Assembly: GCA_013815775.1 (NCBI GenBank)
Contig: JACDFN010000001.1
Coordinates: 173,883 to 237,882, forward strand
Length of the DNA: 64,000 bases
Source of the DNA: Candidatus Saccharimonadota bacterium
GTDB lineage: Bacteria; Patescibacteriota; Saccharimonadia; Saccharimonadales; UBA10212
Reading direction: 5' to 3'
The notes beneath the pieces were generated by a model. The model saw only the letters and a program-made list of their open reading frames with translations, ran no database searches and was not told the DNA's origin. Positions within the stretch are counted from its first letter, which is position 1; every line of letters starts with the position of its first letter. A program made the translations under genes and the position numbers. Shown one piece after another: positions 44,091 to 51,421 of this stretch.

Positions 44091-44482
44091 GGGGCTGAAT
44101 TTTAAGCTCGACGAAGGTACTTTACCAACTAGTTCGCAGGCCGCTTGTCAGCGTTATAGACAAACTACATTAGATGCAAAAACATCTTTTAGCGAAAAGT
44201 TAGCTGCTTTGAATCCGTTCAAACAGTTGGCCTACGCACCAGTTAGAGTTTAATTACTTCTAGCCGCGCCAAATGCGACACCAGATAGTGTTCACGGCGT
44301 GTCATATCATCTGGTTGCAGTAAGTTTATTGCCCATAAACTTACCTAAGAATTCGGGCTAAGAGATGTTGCTTTTTGGCCGTTTACCGGTAGCATTTACG
44401 AAAATTTTTAAGCGGCCTACGCCTGTAGAAGACTAGCTAGGTAAACCATCGGACGCGGGGGCGGTACCCGCCAGCTCCACCA
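44091..44482 (+). ncRNA. ssrA: tmRNA (SsrA)
   Basis: The 5' end reads GGGGCTGAATTTTAAGCTCGACG and the 3' end reads GGACGCGGGGGCGGTACCCGCCAGCTCCACCA. The acceptor stem GGGGCUG/CAGCUCC includes the G3-U pair and ends in ACCA. The 3' end is in register with the E. coli SsrA 3' end as I recall it (GGACGCGGGTTCAACTCCCGCCAGCTCCACCA). Candidate tag ORF: GCA at 44176 to TAA at 44251-44253 (AKTSFSEKLAALNPFKQLAYAPVRV). Confidence 0.8.
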
Positions 44483-44518
44483 CAAAAACATCATCTGTAA
44501 AGCTGGTGTTTTTTTGAT
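44473..44518. repeat. 46-nt imperfect direct repeat, copy A (last 10 nt of the tmRNA plus downstream T-run element)
   Basis: AGCTCCACCACAAAAACATCATCTGTAAAGCTGGTGTTTTTTTG. About 38 of 46 positions are identical to 45219-45264. Confidence 0.8.
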
Positions 44519-44530
44519 ATCATAAGCTGA

Positions 44531-45115
44531 ATGGATGAAATACACAAAGCAGAAGAACGCTTACATACTCGCTGGAGTAACTGGCATCTAAAAAATACTT
44601 TCCTCTTTGCGACAGGACTAATTCTTTTTTTCTTTTTGCTCACCATACCCCAAGTTGATTCGTTTATAAAAAGCATTGGAACGCTTGGACTGATTGGAGC
44701 ATTTATTGTCGGCTTTTTCTTCGTTCTGACTTACACTGCTGTTCCTGCAGGTTACGTACTTTTTGAATTGGCAAAACACAACAATCCTTTAGAGGTAGCC
44801 GTAATTGCTGCTATAGGTGCGATGCTAGGAGATTACATTATTTTCCGCTTTATTCGTGACAAAGTTATTGAGGAACTGAGACCTTACTTGTTAAAGTTAA
44901 ATACACCCAAGGTCAAACATTTATTTAAAACTCCCTATTTTGCTTGGATGCTACCCATTTCGGGCGCATTAATTATAGCTTCTCCTTTGCCCGACGAAGT
45001 TGGAGTGGGAATGTTAGGAGCTTCAAAAATGAGCAACCATCGGTTCTTACTGCTTGCTTACTTGCTGAATGCTGTAGGGATACTGTTCATTGTATTACTT
45101 GCACGTAGTGTATAG
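44531..45115 (+). CDS. Membrane protein, DedA/TVP38-like (tentative)
   Basis: 194 aa with ~5 TM helices. The motif IIASPLPDEVGVGMLG resembles the DedA/SNARE-associated family. It lies between the two tmRNA-3'-end repeats. Confidence 0.6.
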   Translation: MDEIHKAEERLHTRWSNWHLKNTFLFATGLILFFFLLTIPQVDSFIKSIGTLGLIGAFIVGFFFVLTYTAVPAGYVLFELAKHNNPLEVAVIAAIGAMLGDYIIFRFIRDKVIEELRPYLLKLNTPKVKHLFKTPYFAWMLPISGALIIASPLPDEVGVGMLGASKMSNHRFLLLAYLLNAVGILFIVLLARSV

Positions 45116-45218
45116 CCCTCAAGACAGATAGTTATTCTTAGCTCTCATCCATGGTACTGCTAAAATATCTCTCCACCGCCCCAGTTCTAGCTCAATTAGG
45201 TGCCAATTATTCTGGATA

Positions 45219-45264
45219 AGCTCTACCACAAAAACATCAATTGTTGTGTTGGTGTTTTTTTGTT
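45219..45264. repeat. 46-nt imperfect direct repeat, copy B
   Basis: AGCTCTACCACAAAAACATCAATTGTTGTGTTGGTGTTTTTTTG. Confidence 0.8.
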
Positions 45265-45325
45265 GCTTATGCTATAATATACTTCGAAAGTTAGTGTGAT
45301 TGACGCTATCGAGGCGTCTTTTTTT

Positions 45326-47149
45326 ATGAAACAAGATCCAAATAAAATTCGTAACATCGCCATTATTGCGCATGTTGACCACGGTAAAACCACACTGGTT
45401 GATGGTCTGCTAAAACAGTCCCACACGTTTCGCGACAACCAGGCTGAAATGAGCCAAGACTTAATTATGGACAGTGGTGAGCAGGAACGCGAGCGCGGCA
45501 TAACCATAACCGCTAAAGTAACTGCTGTCCAACACGGCGATTACCGGATTAATATTATTGACACCCCAGGCCACGCTGATTTTAGCGGTGAAGTAGAGCG
45601 CACCATAAACATGGCCGATGGCTGCCTTCTGATTGTTGATGCCCAGGAAGGGCCGATGCCCCAGACTAAGTTTGTGCTTGGCATTGCGCTGGCCAATGAA
45701 CTAAAGCCGCTAGTCATTATCAATAAAATCGATAAACAGGGAGCCCGAATAAAAGAGGTTGAAGACGAATTGGCGAATCTATTTCTAGAACTGGCTGTCC
45801 ACGAAGACCAGCTGCATTACCCAGTTTATTATGCGGTAGGGCGCGAAGGTAAAGCTTGGGACGCTCCTCCGGGTGACATTGAACAACACTCTGACTTATC
45901 AGTAATTTTTGAAGCCATAACCAATAAAATTCCCGCGCCCAAGGTAGAGCCAGATAAACCTTTCCAAATGTTAATCTCGGCCTTGGCGTGGGACAGTTTC
46001 AAGGGTAAGTATGTAATTGGCCGAATTAGCAGAGGGAGTATTAAAGCAGGGTCGCGGGTTACGTTGTGCTCTAAGGATGGTACCCAAACCAACGCTAAAG
46101 TTGACGCTGTTCTCATGAGCCACGGCACCAGTAAAGCGGAGGTGGAACAAGGGGTTGCCGGAGACATAGTTCAGGTAACTGGGATAGCTAACGCCCAAAT
46201 AGGCGAAACGCTGGCTGATGAGTTTGAGCCAGAAGCACTGCCTGTCATGGAAGTCGAAGCCCCAACTTTAAAGATTTATCTAGGTCCTAATACCAGCCCA
46301 TTAAAGGGTACCGAGGGTGAGTTTAGCACTAGCAGACAGATTGGTAACCGGCTTCAAAAAGAATTAGAAACCAACGTAGGGCTTAGGCTAGAAGAGGAAA
46401 GCATCGGTTTTTTGGTTAGTGGTCGGGGCGAGCTGCACCTTAGTGTTTTAATAGAAGAACTACGCCGGGAAGGTTACGAATTTGAAGTTGGCCGTCCTCA
46501 AGTTGTGACCAAAGAAGAAGACGGTAAGACATTAGAACCACTCGAGGAGCTGATAATCGAAATCCCCGCTGAACATGTAGGTACAGTACAAATGGAGCTA
46601 GGAGCTAGGCGGGCGGTTCTCAAAGAACAGTTTGCTAGTCCCAAAGGTGTTACCAAACTTATTTACGAACTCCCTACCCGTGTGCTTCTTGGGCTGCGCA
46701 ACATACTGGTTACTAAGTCTAAGGGCACCGTAATTATGAATAGCCTGATGATTGGCTATCAGCCACAAGGGACTCCCATGCAAAAGCTACGAAACGGGGC
46801 CTTAGTTGCCTGGGAGACTGGCACAACTACCCCTTATGCGCTGCAGACAGCCGAATCCAGAGGGATTTGCTTTGTGGGCCCTGCTCAAAAAGTTTATGCG
46901 GGACAAATAGTAGGTCTAAATTCTCGCTCCGAGGATATGGAAATCAATGTTTGCAAGGCCAAACAACTCACTAACATGCGAAGTACAAGCAGTGATGGAA
47001 CAGTGCAGCTTACTCCACCGACTCCTATGAGTTTAGAGCAGTGCATAGATTTTATAGAAAACGACGAGCTTTTAGAAGTTACTCCAAAGAGCTTAAGGCT
47101 CCGTAAAAAAGAACTCGATCACCAAAAACGAAAAAGATTAAATAAATAA
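45326..47149 (+). CDS. typA: Translational GTPase TypA/BipA
   Basis: IRNIAIIAHVDHGKTTLVD, DTPGHADF, NKIDK, and the BipA-like C-terminal domains. The ORF is open from 45296; I prefer the ATG at 45326 (MKQDPNKIRN). Confidence 0.9.
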   Translation: MKQDPNKIRNIAIIAHVDHGKTTLVDGLLKQSHTFRDNQAEMSQDLIMDSGEQERERGITITAKVTAVQHGDYRINIIDTPGHADFSGEVERTINMADGCLLIVDAQEGPMPQTKFVLGIALANELKPLVIINKIDKQGARIKEVEDELANLFLELAVHEDQLHYPVYYAVGREGKAWDAPPGDIEQHSDLSVIFEAITNKIPAPKVEPDKPFQMLISALAWDSFKGKYVIGRISRGSIKAGSRVTLCSKDGTQTNAKVDAVLMSHGTSKAEVEQGVAGDIVQVTGIANAQIGETLADEFEPEALPVMEVEAPTLKIYLGPNTSPLKGTEGEFSTSRQIGNRLQKELETNVGLRLEEESIGFLVSGRGELHLSVLIEELRREGYEFEVGRPQVVTKEEDGKTLEPLEELIIEIPAEHVGTVQMELGARRAVLKEQFASPKGVTKLIYELPTRVLLGLRNILVTKSKGTVIMNSLMIGYQPQGTPMQKLRNGALVAWETGTTTPYALQTAESRGICFVGPAQKVYAGQIVGLNSRSEDMEINVCKAKQLTNMRSTSSDGTVQLTPPTPMSLEQCIDFIENDELLEVTPKSLRLRKKELDHQKRKRLNK

Positions 47150-47375
47150 TTCGCTAAGAAAAAACTTTTAGATTATCCAGAACTAGGTAAATTTTTTTTT
47201 ACGGAGTATAATAAGGGGTAATAAGCTGAATATGGTAACAGGTGAAGAGATCTAGGTAGCTGTAAAGAAGTGTAGAGCTACAACAGCTCAAGCAATATCA
47301 TAACGAAGGGGAAGCTATGTCAAAGGATAAGGGCAGAAAAGAAACTAAAAAAGCTAAAAAGGTTAAGGTCAAAGA

Positions 47376-47627
47376 ATGAATATTAAACATATCCAGCGGC
47401 CAGATAAGCCCAAGCACATGGATGAAGATGAAATTCGCCAAGCACTTACACTTATGGAATCGGACAGCACCCTTAAAACTAACCCTAGTTATATAAAAGA
47501 CACACAGGACTCCATAAATCTTCTACCTTTCCAAGAAAAACACATGACCTATTTAAAAGGTCACCCTAAGGTTAACCCTCAGCACTACCTCTCGAACTTG
47601 CGTACAATGATAAAAAAACGCATTTAA
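47376..47627 (+). CDS. Hypothetical protein (83 aa)
   Basis: ORF with no recognisable motif. Its ATG overlaps, as ATGA, the stop of a possible 20-aa Lys-rich upstream ORF (47317-47379). Confidence 0.45.
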   Translation: MNIKHIQRPDKPKHMDEDEIRQALTLMESDSTLKTNPSYIKDTQDSINLLPFQEKHMTYLKGHPKVNPQHYLSNLRTMIKKRI

Positions 47628-47679
47628 CGGCACGGTGTGATATATTGACTAATTACCTTGTTTATGTCATTGTATTATA

Positions 47680-48267
47680 ATGCGTGAAACACTCCGTAAA
47701 AGGCTTCCAACCTTCCATCTTGGCATAGAAGCGCACCTTAGGATGGACGATCCGGAAGTTTTGGAGAATCTGAAGTCAACCCTAGAAGCCGCCGGCTATG
47801 ACTTTTCTAAATTATTGTTCAGCGGATATGATGGATCCCTGATAAAAGGTAAGTCGGTTAAAGAATTTCCTACAGAGGAAGCAATATACGCAATGAATGA
47901 GGCTGGCTGGCGCGAAGCTATAACGGTCGGTGAGTGGAACCCAGCCCAATATGCTGAAGACCACGTATCTGACAGCATGGGAGTAGCCTGTCTGGGGGTT
48001 TATGATAAAGATCAGCTATCGGAAGTTTATGAGCAAGTAAATTTTGATTTGACAGAGGATAGCTACCAAGATGGGTTGGACGTCAGTCAGAGAAGTAATA
48101 TAAAAGTTAAAAAATTAGGTGATGAGTTGGCAGCAAAGCCAGACGACTATCTTGTACGCGAAGCTGTTGCTCACAAGGATTGGCCCGCCCTAACACCATC
48201 CGACGCACTAGTGGCGGTTGTGTTCTTAAATCACCAAGAAAAATATAAACAATCCAGGGGACTATAA
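47680..48267 (+). CDS. Hypothetical protein (195 aa)
   Basis: Acidic ORF that I cannot assign to a family. Confidence 0.5.
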   Translation: MRETLRKRLPTFHLGIEAHLRMDDPEVLENLKSTLEAAGYDFSKLLFSGYDGSLIKGKSVKEFPTEEAIYAMNEAGWREAITVGEWNPAQYAEDHVSDSMGVACLGVYDKDQLSEVYEQVNFDLTEDSYQDGLDVSQRSNIKVKKLGDELAAKPDDYLVREAVAHKDWPALTPSDALVAVVFLNHQEKYKQSRGL

Positions 48268-48287
48268 CAGATAACTGAGGCCAGCTA

Positions 48288-48316
48288 TTGACTTAATATA
48301 TAAATTATGGTATTAT
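48288..48316 (+). promoter_or_regulatory. Sigma70-type promoter TTGACT-17 nt-TATTAT
   Basis: -35 at 48288-48293 and -10 at 48311-48316, followed by TAGGAG and the ATG at 48327. Confidence 0.5.
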
Positions 48317-48326
48317 TAGGAGATAT

Positions 48327-49127
48327 ATGGAAAGCCTTGATGGACACTTCACCCCTGAACAGGAACCTGATGAAAGCTCCGAAGAAACCCAGGTAGTCGG
48401 GGACGAGTACACACTTAAAGAAATTGAAGCTTCCGTTACTGAGTACTTGGGTCCAGAAACAAAGGAACCGGCCGGAATACCTCTAGAACACTTAGAGGAG
48501 ATTCATTATTTTTTTAATAAATTTAATGTCGTCGGCTTAGAGGCAGTAAGAGAAGAAGACATTGAAAAGTTATGGGAAAAATTTTCAAAAGACCCGTTTT
48601 TAGTAGAAGACTTTACGCTAATTGTTGCCGAACGATTACGAACAGTTCGACAGTCACACTCAGAGAAAGTCAGCTTCGACGACATAAAACAGTATGCCGA
48701 CGCAGTCCCGAGGCCCTATGAGACCAGACGTCATCTAGTAGAAGATGTCGCGCCAAATATAGTAAACCTTGGTCTGAACGAATTTGACCGAAGGAAGTAC
48801 TACGAGATTGCCATGTCCGACAAAAAACCGGTCAATGCAAGAGCAGCAAGATTTCTGGGTTGGTTGGTTGGTCAGCCCCCTATGAATGAGTTTAAATATG
48901 CAGTAGAACAAGCTAATCTTGAAAGAGAGGTGACGCTCCGTGGCCTGGCCGCACTGGCTACCCACGAAGTAATCATGCGCCAGAAACAGCATCAGCTTAG
49001 AGAACATAAAAGCTACAGCACCCACATACCCATTGAGCGACAGGCATTTGAGGATAAGAGGGACATACTTGATGCTTACCGAGCTTTATGTGAATCATTT
49101 CTTCTTGGCCGTCCATCTCAGAATTAA
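48327..49127 (+). CDS. Hypothetical protein (266 aa)
   Basis: It has its own promoter and RBS. The N-terminus is acidic and I recognise no family. Confidence 0.55.
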   Translation: MESLDGHFTPEQEPDESSEETQVVGDEYTLKEIEASVTEYLGPETKEPAGIPLEHLEEIHYFFNKFNVVGLEAVREEDIEKLWEKFSKDPFLVEDFTLIVAERLRTVRQSHSEKVSFDDIKQYADAVPRPYETRRHLVEDVAPNIVNLGLNEFDRRKYYEIAMSDKKPVNARAARFLGWLVGQPPMNEFKYAVEQANLEREVTLRGLAALATHEVIMRQKQHQLREHKSYSTHIPIERQAFEDKRDILDAYRALCESFLLGRPSQN

Positions 49128-49271
49128 AAAGCTTGCCAAATTCTGAACCAAAGAGTATAAAAGAAACCATGGTGCAGAAACGCATTTTCAACACATATTT
49201 TATTCTCGTTCCTAACGAGAATAGCTTGTTGTTGTCCAAATACGTTTAAACACCCACAAAACTAAAAACCA

Positions 49272-49308
49272 AAAGCCGGACCGCAACAAAGCAGTCCGGC
49301 TTTTTTTT
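49272..49308 (+). terminator. Intrinsic terminator
   Basis: AGCCGGAC-CGCAACAAAGCA-GTCCGGCT followed by T8. Confidence 0.7.
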
Positions 49309-49460
49309 GTTTCTCGACCGCTAGGCCTAGTACTTGCAAGCACTGAGTCTAGCGGTGGGGTAACAAGCACTCGCGATAAGAATCGTTAGAGGCTACCCCA
49401 AGAACCTAGCTTTGCCACAATCCTGTGGTGAGGTAAACAACAAAGAAGAGGGAGGAAGAG

Positions 49461-49928
49461 ATGCCCGAAACGGTCGGTAGCATTGCTGATCGTGTAGCTC
49501 GAGCCTACGCTGAAGGAAAGCCGTCCGAGGCCCGACATCACAGATCCGTCCTTGAGAAGTTTTCCTCGAAGCTGACGCCCAAGAACGTGCAGACGGTAAT
49601 CGTAAAGGCGCTTTTTCGCCTGATCGAGAAGCGTGTGCATTCGTGCGACAAGCCTCAGCTGGAACGCCTGGTGAACGTACTGCGCAACAATCTGCACGGC
49701 AACCGGGCTGACAAGAAAACAGCCCGCATCATCGCACGGCAAATTATCCGCTGCTACCGCAGCGGCCAGCACTCCAAGGCAGACAAACTGAAAGCTCTGG
49801 CATTCGGCATCATCGACAAGGATGTGATTGACGAGGTCTTCAAGTTGGCCAACGTCAATCACGCCGAATTTGTCGGCACAAGTTACTCCATCAAGTACTC
49901 GTCTATGTACCTGGTCTACGCCAGCTAG
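49461..49928 (+). CDS. Hypothetical basic helical protein encoded in a GC-elevated insert
   Basis: 155 aa. A strong SD (GAGGGAGGAAGAG) sits directly upstream of the ATG. GC is ~58-60% (35/60 and 36/60 in two lines). The longer antisense ORF (49386-50045) is rich in Cys and Trp and looks like a high-GC artefact. Confidence 0.55.
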   Translation: MPETVGSIADRVARAYAEGKPSEARHHRSVLEKFSSKLTPKNVQTVIVKALFRLIEKRVHSCDKPQLERLVNVLRNNLHGNRADKKTARIIARQIIRCYRSGQHSKADKLKALAFGIIDKDVIDEVFKLANVNHAEFVGTSYSIKYSSMYLVYAS

Positions 49929-50075
49929 CCTCCAACAACCAATTTTCGGGTGGCCGCCAACTACACACGGCGGCCACCCTACGCCATTTATAGCGTCTCC
50001 CTCTTTTTCATCCTTCACTATCATTTCGCTTATTCTTATTGACATCTATACTCTCCCAGCCTAGGCTAGAAACAC

Positions 50076-51344
50076 ATGGTCTTTGCAACAGCAAAAAGCC
50101 TAACAGAAAAAATTCTCCTCTTGCGCCGCCACAGTGATTTAAGCTCACAGGACGTCGGGCCGGCTTTGGAATATATTGATAATTACTGGCCCAAACTCAC
50201 TCGGTATTTGCCAAAGGATGACGACTCTTTAGTGGGGCTACCTAACCCATACCTGGTTCCGTCGTTCGAGAAAGGACATGAATTCGACTTTAACGAGCTA
50301 TATTATTGGGATAGCTACTTCATGGTCCAAGGCATGTTGGATAAAAAGCACCAGAAACTAGTTGTAGGTGTCTTGGAAGACTTGTTGTTCATGCTTGACC
50401 GGTTTAAAATTATTCCCAACGCCTCTCGCACCTATTTGATGGGTCGCTCCCAGCCTCCTTTTTTAACCAGCTTTATCTTAGACGTATATAAGACCTATGG
50501 CCTGGATAAAAAATGGCTAGCAAGCGCAATGGAAAAAGCCGAGGGTGAATACAACCGAGTGTGGATGGGAACTAGTAAACCAAACGCCCGTCAGGTACAT
50601 AGGGGTTTAAGCCGTTACTACGACGTAAACTATCTAAACGATTTAGCCGAAGCCGAGAGCGGCTGGGATATGACTACACGGTTCGGACACAAATGCCTAA
50701 ATTACCTGCCGGTTGATCTAAATGCTCTTTTATACAAATATGAAGTGGATCTTGCATACGCGGCAACCGAACTAGGTAAAGAACAAGACGCCAAAAAGTG
50801 GAAGAAAGCAGCTAACTCCCGTAAACAAACAATGGACGCGTTGATGTGGAGCGAACTAAAAGGCCAGTACTATGATTATAATTTTGCCCGTGAACAGAGG
50901 GGAAGTATTAATTCTTTAGCCGCCTATTATACGATGTGGGCCGGAATGGCTGATGAACGTCAGGCGAAGAAATTAGTGTCATCACTGCGTAAGTTTGAAA
51001 ACCAGGGCGGTTTAGCCACCACCGATAGTGCGCTGGTAGGCCAGCTAATACCCGGCTCTTTACCGGCTCAGTGGGCCTATCCCAACGGTTGGGCTCCTCT
51101 ACACTTTATAGTAGTCAAAGGCTTGCAACGCTACGGGTATCATGAAGACGCTCGGCGCATTGCTATTAAATGGCTAAAGACTAATTTAGATTGGTACAAT
51201 AATCACGGTGTTTTTTTGGAAAAGTACAATGTAGTGCAACCCGGCAAACCACCGGCTAAAGGTTTGTATCCTTCTCAGACAGGCTTTGGTTGGACCAATG
51301 CTGTCTTTACCAGGTTTTGCCAAGAATTTATAAAAGAAGACTAA
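50076..51344 (+). CDS. treA: Alpha,alpha-trehalase (GH37)
   Basis: 422 aa. GH37 signatures: ELYYWDSYFMVQGM, GRSQPPFL, and QWAYPNGWAPLHF. Confidence 0.8.
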   Translation: MVFATAKSLTEKILLLRRHSDLSSQDVGPALEYIDNYWPKLTRYLPKDDDSLVGLPNPYLVPSFEKGHEFDFNELYYWDSYFMVQGMLDKKHQKLVVGVLEDLLFMLDRFKIIPNASRTYLMGRSQPPFLTSFILDVYKTYGLDKKWLASAMEKAEGEYNRVWMGTSKPNARQVHRGLSRYYDVNYLNDLAEAESGWDMTTRFGHKCLNYLPVDLNALLYKYEVDLAYAATELGKEQDAKKWKKAANSRKQTMDALMWSELKGQYYDYNFAREQRGSINSLAAYYTMWAGMADERQAKKLVSSLRKFENQGGLATTDSALVGQLIPGSLPAQWAYPNGWAPLHFIVVKGLQRYGYHEDARRIAIKWLKTNLDWYNNHGVFLEKYNVVQPGKPPAKGLYPSQTGFGWTNAVFTRFCQEFIKED

Positions 51345-51421
51345 TTCTATTAACGTGCTAGCTGAAGAATTCACGATTTGGGGTTCTAGCTATACCCAAG
51401 AAGTAAGCTACAATTAAGGCA

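Noticed and set aside
43855-44253. The 132-aa ORF overlapping the end of the protease gene and the tmRNA.
   Set aside because: Its 3' part is the tmRNA, so its last 25 codons coincide with the candidate tag frame. Its 5' part is an alternative frame of the S8 protease gene.
45116-45218. I considered a second tmRNA-like or permuted tmRNA piece, because ATTCTGGAT (~45209-45217) matches the E. coli SsrA 5' region and is followed by AGCTCTACCA.
   Set aside because: There is no T-arm and no complementary acceptor strand, and the match is only 9 nt. The duplicated 3'-end repeat reported in the findings explains it better.
49386-50045. The 219-aa minus-strand ORF, which is longer than the plus-strand ORF I annotated.
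   Set aside because: It is rich in Cys, Trp and Val with no motifs, and it is exactly antisense to an ORF that has a much stronger SD. The decision is not certain; strand-specific RNA-seq would settle it.
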